Source of the DNA: a virus | Lineage: Duplodnaviria; Caudoviricetes | DNA length: 46,280 bases | Virus record (IMG/VR): IMGVR_UViG_3300037761_000203 | Location: 1 to 46,280 of that record | Strand: one strand, 5' to 3' | Shown: piece after piece, positions 18,764 through 26,052 of the stretch | Layout: each line of letters starts with the position of its first letter | How positions within the stretch are numbered: the first letter of the stretch is position 1 | The notes under the pieces: model-generated | Told to the model about the DNA's origin: nothing | Database searches by the model: none | Seen by the model: the letters and a program-made list of their open reading frames with translations, nothing else | Made by a program: the position numbers and the translations under genes

Positions 18764-19012
18764 ATGAGACGGGTACGCAAGCTGGTCGCGGCGATCCTCG
18801 GTGGCCTGACCGCCACCGCGGTGGTGGCGGTCGCGCGGGTGGCCGGGGTGGAGCTGGAGCCGGAACTGGCCGGGCTGGTCGTGCTGGTCGCGGCGTCACT
18901 GTCGACCTACCTGGCACCAGCCAACGAGGCTCCGCTGCCGACGCTCACCGCGGCCGAGCTGCGGGGCATGGCGGACCGGGCGGCCAGGCAGGAACGGGAG
19001 GCGCCGCGGTGA
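18764..19012 (+). CDS. Holin-like two-TM protein
   Basis: RK..AA..G start, two TM segments, Y..P.N motif. Confidence 0.65.
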   Translation: MRRVRKLVAAILGGLTATAVVAVARVAGVELEPELAGLVVLVAASLSTYLAPANEAPLPTLTAAELRGMADRAARQEREAPR

Positions 19013-19266
19013 GCGCGACAGAGCGCTTCGAGCAGTGGCACAAGCTGGACCGTCGTCGCCAGACCGCGATCAGCGAAGGGCTGTGCACGTGCTGCGCGTT
19101 CATCAGCCGGACTGGTGACCCCGGGCCGCGACCCGTCCGGGCAGTGTGCGAGTGGATCTGCCCGAGCGGCAACCGCGAGCTGCTATGCACTTCGTGCCTG
19201 CGGTACTGGCAGGCGAATGCTGTCGATGACGTGTCGCTACAGCCGGCAGTGCTGGTGATGTTGTGA
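19009..19266 (+). CDS. Cys-rich hypothetical protein
   Basis: Coupled ORF; two CxxC motifs. Confidence 0.55.
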   Translation: MSATERFEQWHKLDRRRQTAISEGLCTCCAFISRTGDPGPRPVRAVCEWICPSGNRELLCTSCLRYWQANAVDDVSLQPAVLVML

Positions 19267-19517
19267 GCTGGTACACGTGGGCGTGGATCGGCTTCGCCGG
19301 CTACTTCGCCGCGGTGGAGAGCATCGCCATCTACCGGTCGCTGCGCTACCGCCGCCGGGGCGACTTCAGCGGCACACTCAGCGCACACCTGTGGCTCATC
19401 TTCGGCACGGCCAAGGGGACGAAGGCCACGGCCGGCGCGTGGGCGCGCCGCGGGGTACTGGTGCTCGCGCTGGCATGGCTGAGCCTCCATCTCCTGTTCG
19501 GCGGGACCATCATCTAG
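19263..19517 (+). CDS. Small membrane protein
   Basis: W..W...F...E..A......TLS.H.W pattern; two TM segments. Confidence 0.65.
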   Translation: MSWYTWAWIGFAGYFAAVESIAIYRSLRYRRRGDFSGTLSAHLWLIFGTAKGTKATAGAWARRGVLVLALAWLSLHLLFGGTII

Positions 19518-19548
19518 AATGGACTCAACCCAGAGAAAGAGGACAATC

Positions 19549-19764
19549 ATGCGTAAGTTGATCATCCTGGTGGCGCTGGTCGCCGCCGGTGTCGGCGCCG
19601 CGGCCAGCCCGGCGCACGCCGACCCGATCGAATGCCCACCCGGCCAGGAAGCCACGGCCAACCCCAGCGAGGGCGGCTGGATGTGCGTCAACGCCGGGGG
19701 CCACGGTAACGAGTCGGAGGACCCGAAGCCGCCGAACGCCGGCAAGGGCGACTTCCGGCCCTGA
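19549..19764 (+). CDS. Small secreted two-Cys peptide
   Basis: GAGGA RBS; signal peptide ending PAHA; mature part about 47 aa with two Cys. Confidence 0.65.
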   Translation: MRKLIILVALVAAGVGAAASPAHADPIECPPGQEATANPSEGGWMCVNAGGHGNESEDPKPPNAGKGDFRP

Positions 19765-19778
19765 CCGAAGAATGGCAT

Positions 19779-19817
19779 AAGGGAGCCCTCCCGGGTGACA
19801 GCCCGAGAGGGCTCCTT
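19779..19817. terminator. Hairpin terminator between convergent operons
   Basis: GGAGCCCTC.CGGG / CCCG.GAGGGCTCC inverted repeat at the convergence point. Confidence 0.8.
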
Positions 19818-19831
19818 CGCCGTGTCCGGGG

Positions 19832-20404
19832 TCAGTCCTGGACGTCCCCGAACGTGTCCACGATCTCCCCGGATACCCGGCACTCATAGCCGCCGTCCTG
19901 ATGCCGGGCCACCGCCGCGTGGTCGATCCGCTCGGCCAGGTGCACGGTCTCAGTCGCGCCCACCTCCACCCGCACTTCATCGGTGATCGTGTAGTCATCC
20001 TGGCCGAGCTGGTCGAAGGCTGCGGTCACCTCGACCACAATGCCGACGTTGCCCACGTTGGCCACGTCGATCGACGCCGCGAACTCGGACTGGTCCCCTT
20101 CGACGAACAGGAGCAGGTCGCAAGCGCCCTCGACGGTGCCGTCGGGGTTGGGGCCGGCCGGTGCTGGCGTGCCCTGCTCGGTGGGCTGGGTGACCGGGCT
20201 GGCGTCGTTCAGCGGGTCGCCGTCCGTGTCGGTGCCGGCGATGCCGACCACGGCGAGGATCCCGCCGCCGATGCAGCACAGGGCAACCAGGGTGATGCTG
20301 ATCGCGATCAGCCAGGTGGGGGCGGTGAGCTTGTGCTTGGGTGCCTTGACCGGCGCCGGCGGCTGGCTGTGGGCCGGCTGCGGGTCGGGCTGCTGGTAGG
20401 TCAT
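19832..20404 (-). CDS. Membrane-anchored acidic exported protein (possible superinfection-exclusion type)
   Basis: Pro/Gln-rich N-terminus, TM with LCC.GG, Ig-like ectodomain with a Cys pair. Confidence 0.7.
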   Translation of the reverse strand: MTYQQPDPQPAHSQPPAPVKAPKHKLTAPTWLIAISITLVALCCIGGGILAVVGIAGTDTDGDPLNDASPVTQPTEQGTPAPAGPNPDGTVEGACDLLLFVEGDQSEFAASIDVANVGNVGIVVEVTAAFDQLGQDDYTITDEVRVEVGATETVHLAERIDHAAVARHQDGGYECRVSGEIVDTFGDVQD

Positions 20405-20439
20405 GAGATCCTGCTCTCTGGTCGGGTGGCGGGTCTGTT

Positions 20440-20493
20440 CCGCCACTCGGCCCCCGCCGCGTGATGAGGCGGTTGGGGCCGGGCAGCGTCAGG
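20440..20493 (-). repeat. Intergenic hairpin repeat, copy 1
   Basis: Arms CCGCCACTCGGCCCCCGCC and GGGCCGGGCAGCGTCAGG are identical to copy 2; the loop differs. Confidence 0.9.
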
Positions 20494-20815
20494 CGGTACG
20501 GCGCCGCCACTGGACCAGCCGGCCGAGCCCCGGCGCGCGTAGCCCTCGGAAGCTCTCACTCCAGTGGATGGCCAGCTCCGGGACACAGTGACGGAGTCCC
20601 GGCCCGGCCTCGACGACCAGGTACAGCCGGCGGGGGCCGGGACGTACGGGGTGCCCGCCCGCGTCGACGAGGTCGGCACGGCCGCGTCGCCGGGGTAGCC
20701 GGATGTCGACGACCAGCCGGCGCGAGTTCCAGAACAGCGTCTGTATGCCCTCCCGCCAGATGAGGACGCTCGACCATCCGGCGTAACGTCCGGTCGCGGG
20801 TCGTAGTCGCTTCAT
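20489..20815 (-). CDS. Arg-rich hypothetical protein
   Basis: AAGGAG RBS; bracketed by the two repeats. Confidence 0.65.
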   Translation of the reverse strand: MKRLRPATGRYAGWSSVLIWREGIQTLFWNSRRLVVDIRLPRRRGRADLVDAGGHPVRPGPRRLYLVVEAGPGLRHCVPELAIHWSESFRGLRAPGLGRLVQWRRRTA

Positions 20816-20843
20816 GTCATCTCCTTCGGTTGGGCGGTCTGCC

Positions 20844-20895
20844 CCGCCACTCGGCCCCCGCCCGCCGGAGCGGGTGAGGGCCGGGCAGCGTCAGG
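20844..20895 (-). repeat. Intergenic hairpin repeat, copy 2
   Basis: Same 19-nt and 18-nt arms as copy 1. Confidence 0.9.
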
Positions 20896-21148
20896 GCCAT
20901 AGGACGGGTTCCTCCTGCTGTTCCTGGCGACGCCCCTCCCGGAGCATCTCCCGTACACCCTCCCAGTACGCGGCCAGCTCCCAGGCGGCGTAGTCCGGGA
21001 CGCTCCAGCCTGCCCGGACCGCCTCGGCCAGCTCGTCCTGCCACAGGTGCCAGTCGGCGCAGACACCTGTGTGCATGCTCGGCGGGTGGCGGATCGGCCG
21101 GCCCAGGTTGTCCAGGGCGCCGGACCCGCAGCGGCGTAGCCGGTTCAC
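20891..21148 (-). CDS. Hypothetical protein
   Basis: GTGA overlap with the upstream small gene. Confidence 0.6.
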   Translation of the reverse strand: MNRLRRCGSGALDNLGRPIRHPPSMHTGVCADWHLWQDELAEAVRAGWSVPDYAAWELAAYWEGVREMLREGRRQEQQEEPVLWP

Positions 21149-21306
21149 TCCGACCCGCCCGCCACGAACACGGAGCGGCCGTCGAGCTCGAAGACGCCGG
21201 CCTCGCCGGCGGCCAGTGACTGGGCGTGCTCGGCGGCGGTGGCCGGGCGGATCGGCTCGCCGGTGCGGTAGTCGGTCAGGGTGCCGTAGTCGGTGGTCTC
21301 GCTCAT
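21145..21306 (-). CDS. 53-aa hypothetical protein (MSETTDYGTLTDYRTGEPIRPAT...)
   Basis: AAGGAG RBS; ORF read by hand. Confidence 0.7.
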   Translation of the reverse strand: MSETTDYGTLTDYRTGEPIRPATAAEHAQSLAAGEAGVFELDGRSVFVAGGSE

Positions 21307-21388
21307 GGTGGTCTCCTTCGGTGGTGGTGTCTGCCAGTCTGGCAGGCCAGTGGTGGGTCAGCGGTTCCGTTCGGGTGCTGGTGTGTGG

Positions 21389-21522
21389 ACCTGCACCCAC
21401 ATGGCCGGCCCGCCGGAGGGCTCTCCTCGCCAGTGGCTTCGGCATGCGCCCCACCCGCCTGAGCCTGGAGGGGCAGCCACCACCGGTTCACGGGACGGCG
21501 AGCCGGCCATGTGGATGCAAGT
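21389..21522 (-). ncRNA. Structured RNA domain C (24-27 bp closing stem, multibranch head)
   Basis: 21392-21415 pairs with 21496-21519; the two mismatches are G-U pairs on the minus strand. Confidence 0.6.
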
Positions 21523-21529
21523 TCTGCGT

Positions 21530-21678
21530 GTACCTGATGCCACGGGGGGAGCCGCCGGGGAAGCCTCTCTGGGGCGGTCCCGAGCCGTGGCTGCGGGTGC
21601 CGGTCGAGAGCCCGACCGCCTGGGCGGCCAGTGATCGTCGCAACCGGTCCGGTCGGCTCCCCTCGTGGCATCAGGTGC
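21530..21678 (-). ncRNA. Structured RNA domain B (23-bp closing stem, multibranch head)
   Basis: 21532-21554 pairs with 21654-21676 with one mismatch; several internal hairpins. Confidence 0.6.
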
Positions 21679-21757
21679 CTTCTTGTCCCTGGCGGTTCTA
21701 ACCGCGGTGGCCGCTGTTCTCGTTTGGCCTGGGACCCTCTCTTGTCTTATGTGTATA

Positions 21758-21786
21758 ACTGTACACCCAGAATGGGGGGGTGTCAA
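21758..21786 (-). promoter_or_regulatory. Near-consensus sigma70/HrdB promoter TTGACA-N17-TACAGT
   Basis: Read directly from the minus strand; points into the structured region and the leftward operon. Confidence 0.85.
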
Positions 21787-21857
21787 GCCCTCCGCTCAAC
21801 CTTTCGGGTAGTTCTGTCTACCCAAAAGGTGCAGCCTTGTGGGTGTACACTAGAAGC

Positions 21858-22037
21858 ATGGCGGAGAGCGCGAAATCTCGTGGTCGTCCATCTGTTGGAC
21901 CGAAGCGGTATCTGCGGATGGGTGATCTCTGGGATGAAGCTGTGGAACTTGCCAGACAACGCCGCGAGAGCATGAGCGAACTGGTGCGCCGGGCCATCGA
22001 GCGCGAGGTTCGCCGGCTGCGACGGGGTGCGAAATGA
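21858..22037 (+). CDS. Ribbon-helix-helix (CopG/Arc-like) regulator
   Basis: RGRP...R.LRM..LW..A...A......MSELVRRAI; TACACT -10 six nt before the ATG, so probably leaderless. Confidence 0.8.
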   Translation: MAESAKSRGRPSVGPKRYLRMGDLWDEAVELARQRRESMSELVRRAIEREVRRLRRGAK

Positions 22038-22591
22038 CCGTGGAGATACCACTCACCCGCGGCTTCGTCGCGCTAGTGGACGACGGGGATGCTGCGCGGG
22101 TCATGCCGTACCGCTGGATTGCGCTGAAAGGTCCTCGGACCTGGTATGCCTGGGCTCAGATACCTAGTCGTGGTCGATCTGGGGCGATCCTGATGCACTC
22201 GCTTCTGACCGGCTGGCCACGGGTCGATCATGCCAACGGTGACGGTCTGGACAACCGACGCCAGAATCTACGCCAAGCAACGCAACAGCAAAACATGCGT
22301 AACAGTCGCAAGTACAGGGGAGGCAGTTCCCGGTACAAGGGAGTTTGCTGGAAGATACGCAATCAGCGTTGGCTGGCCCAGATCTACGTGTCCGAACAAG
22401 ATGCTAGCGGGGTGCCGACTAAGCGCAAGCTTCACCTGGGTACCTTCACTGACCAGGAGACCGCCGCCCGGGCGTACGACGCTGCGGCGCGGGAGCACTT
22501 CGGCGAGTTTGCCTGTCTGAACTTCCCGCTGCCGGGCGAGCGTGGAGCGTTGGGGCCGGGGAAGGGCGCCAACTGGCGGAAGGGGGACTGA
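22034..22591 (+). CDS. HNH-AP2 homing endonuclease
   Basis: IPLT.G..ALVDD.D, VDH.NGDGLDNRR.NLR.AT..QN, S.YKGV, HLG.F.....AARAYD.AA...FGEFA.LNFP. Confidence 0.95.
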   Translation: MTVEIPLTRGFVALVDDGDAARVMPYRWIALKGPRTWYAWAQIPSRGRSGAILMHSLLTGWPRVDHANGDGLDNRRQNLRQATQQQNMRNSRKYRGGSSRYKGVCWKIRNQRWLAQIYVSEQDASGVPTKRKLHLGTFTDQETAARAYDAAAREHFGEFACLNFPLPGERGALGPGKGANWRKGD

Positions 22592-22593
22592 CG

Positions 22594-22827
22594 ATGGACT
22601 GGCTGATCATCGCTTTGCTGCTGCTCACGGGCCTAGGTCTTGGCGCCGAGCTGAGCGCCGGCACAACCGGGTGGTGGCGTGCCGGCGTGTTCGGGTCGGG
22701 TATCGTGCTGGTCTTCGCCGTGTTCGTGATGGGCGCCAGCGTCGCGTTCCTGTACGACGATGCCCATCCGGAGCCGGAGCCGGGGGTATGCCAGGAAGAG
22801 GCGCCGGAGAAGGAGGCCAGGCGGTGA
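22594..22827 (+). CDS. Two-TM membrane protein
   Basis: Two hydrophobic segments and an acidic tail. Confidence 0.6.
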   Translation: MDWLIIALLLLTGLGLGAELSAGTTGWWRAGVFGSGIVLVFAVFVMGASVAFLYDDAHPEPEPGVCQEEAPEKEARR

Positions 22828-23150
22828 CGCTGGTGGAGTTCCTGCGCGCCCGGCTCGACGAAGACGAGCGGGCAGCTCAGGCCGGGCTGCATAGCGACGT
22901 AGTTGCCATGGTGGCGAGGCAGTCCGGCAAAAATAGTGCGCTGAACTTCTGGCGTCGCCACGACCCGGCGCGGGTGCTGCGCCGGGTGGCTGCCGAGCGG
23001 CGGATCGTGGACGAGTTCGTGGCGTCCAGCGACCCCGACCTTCCCTCGGCGTACGCGGGAGGGTTGGAGACGGCGGTCCGCCTGCTCGCGCTGGTCCACG
23101 CCGACCATCCGGATTGCCGGGCGGAGTGGGCGGCGCCGGCCCCCGGGTGA
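22824..23150 (+). CDS. DUF6221-like actinophage protein
   Basis: L.EFLRARL.EDE...HDPARVLR.V.A.RRI...LLA...ADHPD...W. Confidence 0.8.
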   Translation: MTLVEFLRARLDEDERAAQAGLHSDVVAMVARQSGKNSALNFWRRHDPARVLRRVAAERRIVDEFVASSDPDLPSAYAGGLETAVRLLALVHADHPDCRAEWAAPAPG

Positions 23151-23233
23151 CCGGCGCCCACCCCCCACCCCTCGCAGCCCCCCGCGCGACGGTAACCCCC
23201 GGCTGCTGGCCGCCACCACCGGCCGGACAGGCG

Positions 23234-23249
23234 ACCCCGACCGGGTGAG
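23234..23249 (+). repeat. 16-bp direct repeat ACCCCGACCGGGTGAG, left copy
   Basis: Exact match to 25623-25638. Confidence 0.9.
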
Positions 23250-23254
23250 CATGC

Positions 23255-24526
23255 TCAGCCGTCCGGGCCGGCGTCGATCAGCAGCTGCTCGGCCCGGTCC
23301 AGGTGGGTCCGGATCTCGTTGATCCGGGTGACCAGTTGGTCGTCGGACACCTCGCCGCCCCTGCCCTTGTGCCCGGCTTCGATGCTGTCACAAGCGCTCT
23401 GCACTTTCTCCAGCGCGCGGCCGAGCAGGCGGTAAGCCGTCTCGGTTCGGACCGCCGGCGGGTGCTCCGGTTCGGTCCTGTCCCGCCCGGTCTCCTTCAG
23501 TGCTTCCCGCCGGGCCTGCTGGCCGCTCTTGATCTCGCCGCTGCGGATGCGTTCCCGGGTCTTGGGTGCGTCGCGGACCGGTGCCATGCGTTGCAGGGTG
23601 CGTACGGTGGCCAAGCCCTGCGACGCCTGGGCGGCTTCCTCCAGCGCCCTGGTCGACTCGGATAGCTTAGCGCCAACTGGCGCTAAGCTATTGACCTGGG
23701 GTTTTGCGCCCCGGCCGTACTCTTCGCCGGCTGCCCGCCGCCTCTCGTCTGCCTTAGCTTCAGCCTCCGGCAGGAACAGCTCGATCACGATCAGCCCTCG
23801 CTGTGCGATGGTCAGGTGCCTCCGCTTCACGTTCAGCGAGATCACGTGATCCCGTGCCTGCCCCTCGGTGCCCGTGAACTGATCCACCCGCAATGGAATC
23901 TTGAACGCCGCCGCTACCGCGAGCCGGTGCCGACCGTCCAGAACCTGCCCATCGAAAGTCACGATCGGGAGCTTCACGCCATGCTGCTTTATGTCGGCTG
24001 CCAGATCCAGGAACTCCCCCTCCGGGATCTGCGGGATGGTCTTCGCCAGTGGGTGCAACCGGTACTGACGCTCCTGTAGCCCGCCGCGAGCCCCGGCGAC
24101 GTCGACGTAGAACGAACGGTCTTCGCGCATGTCGTTGTACACCGCCCTCAGCGCCCGCTCCTCATCACTCGCGTCGGCCTTCACCAGCCGGACCAGCTTC
24201 TCGCCCTCGTACTCCAGCTCGCCGAACGGCACAGCCAGCCGGTACCCGCCGTTCTCGTCCGAGTCGACCTGGATCTTCGACCGGGCGGACTTGCCCCGGT
24301 ACTTCAGCACCGCCAGCGCCCGCTCGATCAGGAACTCGACCGCCTCGGCGTCCGTGGTCCGACCCTCGTGCATCTTGACCCGGGTCAGGTCTGCCGGGAT
24401 CGGGTGGGTGTAGGTCGCCGCCAACTCCGCGACGGACAGGGCGGCCGGAGCCGCCCCGTCCAACGCGGTGGCGACGTGCCGCACCGGGGTAACGATGTCC
24501 AGTGCGTACCCGTCGCCGGTGCTCAT
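23255..24526 (-). CDS. ParB/Srx-fold protein with N-terminal extra domain and C-terminal helical region
   Basis: HPLA..IP....EF..L..DIK.HG...PIV...G.VLDGRHR..A and SLNV.RRHLT..QR; ATGA overlap with the upstream gene. Confidence 0.85.
   Translation of the reverse strand: MSTGDGYALDIVTPVRHVATALDGAAPAALSVAELAATYTHPIPADLTRVKMHEGRTTDAEAVEFLIERALAVLKYRGKSARSKIQVDSDENGGYRLAVPFGELEYEGEKLVRLVKADASDEERALRAVYNDMREDRSFYVDVAGARGGLQERQYRLHPLAKTIPQIPEGEFLDLAADIKQHGVKLPIVTFDGQVLDGRHRLAVAAAFKIPLRVDQFTGTEGQARDHVISLNVKRRHLTIAQRGLIVIELFLPEAEAKADERRRAAGEEYGRGAKPQVNSLAPVGAKLSESTRALEEAAQASQGLATVRTLQRMAPVRDAPKTRERIRSGEIKSGQQARREALKETGRDRTEPEHPPAVRTETAYRLLGRALEKVQSACDSIEAGHKGRGGEVSDDQLVTRINEIRTHLDRAEQLLIDAGPDG
23662..23691. 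repeat. Perfect palindrome ATAGCTTAGCGCCA-AC-TGGCGCTAAGCTAT inside the ParB-like gene
   Basis: 14-bp perfect arms; AT-rich for this genome. Confidence 0.9.
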
Positions 24527-25521
24527 TTCGACCGCTGCATTTCCAGCAGGGCGGCCAGGATCTTGATCGCCTTCTCCACCACGGCGTAGTGCTGGTCCAC
24601 CACGTTCGGGTCGGTCTCGATCAGCTCCGGCTCCCGGCCCTCGTAGTTCAGGACGAAACCCAGGTGCTGCCGGAGCTGGCGACCCTTCGGCGGCTTGGCG
24701 CTGCCGGTCAGCTTGTGCTCCCGGATACGGTCGCCAAGCTCGGTCCGCAGCGCGGCCAGCCTGTCCACCTGCCCAGTGTCGGAACCAACAGTCTTCAGCT
24801 CCTTGGCCGCGGACGTGATCTCGCCCATGTTCAGCCCGGCGTCTGCCGACAGCTTGGCCAGCTCCTTGAACGGCACATCGTTGAGGGCCAGCGCATCCCT
24901 GGACCCCAGCGCCCGCAGCGACGCACCCCTCAGCGACCCGTTCGGGTCCATACCGACGTGCTGAAGCTTCACCGCCGCGTCGACCTCCTTCTTCACCGCG
25001 GTCACCGAGGTCGGCTTCACGCCGATCGCCCGGGCGATCTGCTCCGCCTTCCAACCCAGCTCGATGAACGCTTTGGCCTGGATGCGGATCTCCTTGGCGG
25101 TCAGCGGCGTGCCGTTCATCGAGTTGAGCGTCGCGGCCAGGGCGTGCAGCTCGTTGGCCTGCTTCTCGCTGCCGCCCCGGTAGGGCACGTCGAGTACGAA
25201 CGCGGGGAAGAACTTGTTGTCCCGCAGCAGGGTGGCTTCGATCCGGGTGTTCCCGTCGACGATGTAGTCATCCGCGGTGACGACGATCGGTGGGAACTCC
25301 GAGTGGGCCATCTGGACGGCGTACCGCTCGATCGACTCCCGCGGGGCGTAGTGCGCACTCTCCCGCACCTGGACCCGCCGGGCGGCCCGCGCCTTCTTGT
25401 CGGCACCCAGCCGCGTCACGTCGAACTGGGCGACTTCCGTGTACTTGAAACCAAGCCGCTCGATCTCAACGACCGTCTTGGATCCTTCTGGGGAAGTGGT
25501 TGCCGTCGGCATCCGCTTCAT
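24523..25521 (-). CDS. ParB/Srx-fold protein with HTH
   Basis: QVR...Y..QM....FPPIVV...IVDGNTR..A; N..NG..L; GW..EQIARAIGVKPTSV HTH; GGGAGAGG RBS (start at 25521 or 25512). Confidence 0.8.
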   Translation of the reverse strand: MKRMPTATTSPEGSKTVVEIERLGFKYTEVAQFDVTRLGADKKARAARRVQVRESAHYAPRESIERYAVQMAHSEFPPIVVTADDYIVDGNTRIEATLLRDNKFFPAFVLDVPYRGGSEKQANELHALAATLNSMNGTPLTAKEIRIQAKAFIELGWKAEQIARAIGVKPTSVTAVKKEVDAAVKLQHVGMDPNGSLRGASLRALGSRDALALNDVPFKELAKLSADAGLNMGEITSAAKELKTVGSDTGQVDRLAALRTELGDRIREHKLTGSAKPPKGRQLRQHLGFVLNYEGREPELIETDPNVVDQHYAVVEKAIKILAALLEMQRSK

Positions 25522-25566
25522 CCTCTCCCTGTCGGGGCGGAGCCCCTGTGGCCCTGCCGCGTAGGT

Positions 25567-25594
25567 AGCGTACTGCATGACGACACGTTGTCAA
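25567..25594 (-). promoter_or_regulatory. Promoter TTGACA-N16-TACGCT for the ParB-like pair
   Basis: Read directly; lies inside the right direct repeat. Confidence 0.6.
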
Positions 25595-25622
25595 GCATGC
25601 GGGAGTTGGTTGGTTGACTACC

Positions 25623-25638
25623 ACCCCGACCGGGTGAG
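25623..25638 (+). repeat. 16-bp direct repeat, right copy
   Basis: Exact match to 23234-23249. Confidence 0.9.
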
Positions 25639-25706
25639 AGGTATCACAGCGACGCGAACCGGTCTCACCTCGTTGCACCGGACGGCGGGAGTGCGGAGGC
25701 TCCCCG

Positions 25707-25970
25707 GTGCGCGCCGTCATCTACGCCCCCGCCGGCGTCGACCAGACCCGCTGGCAGCAGGAGTGTGCGGGGCTGTGCCGGGTGCGCGGCTGGCAGGTGG
25801 CGGCGGTGACCGGGGATGCGGACACGGCCCGGCGGCTGGTGTTGGCTGGTGCGGCGGATGTGGTGGTGGTGGCCCGGCCTCGTCATCTGCCGGCGGTGGC
25901 TTTGGCGGTGGTGGTGGTCAGTGATCCGCCGGGCCGGGACCGTCGGGGCCGGCCCCGGCGGCTGAGCTGA
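25707..25970 (+). CDS. Miniature serine-recombinase-fold protein lacking the catalytic motif
   Basis: RAVIY...C...C..RGW.V......G.ADVVVV resembles a resolvase N-terminus, but the YxRxS motif is absent. Confidence 0.55.
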   Translation: MRAVIYAPAGVDQTRWQQECAGLCRVRGWQVAAVTGDADTARRLVLAGAADVVVVARPRHLPAVALAVVVVSDPPGRDRRGRPRRLS

Positions 25971-26052
25971 GCCGGGCGCGCCTCGGGCCTGGTAGCTGAC
26001 CTGCGAAAACACCGTCGCGTGTCCCGCTATGTCCGATTGTCGGGCCCCGTGG

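Larger units (their letters stand above)
23234..25638 (-). mobile_element. Direct-repeat-flanked two-gene ParB-like cassette (moron)
   Basis: 16-bp direct repeats, own promoter, orientation opposite to both flanks, Lys/Glu-rich composition unlike its neighbours. Confidence 0.6.

Noticed and set aside
20440-20895. CRISPR array or integron attC sites
   Set aside because: Only two copies separated by a gene; no cas genes; no GTTRRRY/RYYYAAC ends.
21400-21445. HDV-like ribozyme (GGCCGGC...CTCCTCGC on the plus strand)
   Set aside because: The P3 and P1 3' strands do not follow in the required order, and the promoter points the other way.
21570-21600. Twister-like CGGTCCCGAGCCG loop
   Set aside because: No UAA cleavage junction or matching P1/P2 found; it is on the strand opposite the promoter.
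24527-25054. N-terminal extension of the 599-aa track ORF
   Set aside because: It overlaps the upstream ParB gene out of frame; the real start is the ATGA-coupled ATG at 24526.
23255-25521. Ordinary parABS partition locus
   Set aside because: No ParA/Walker-A ATPase is adjacent or in the window, and an integrase is present.
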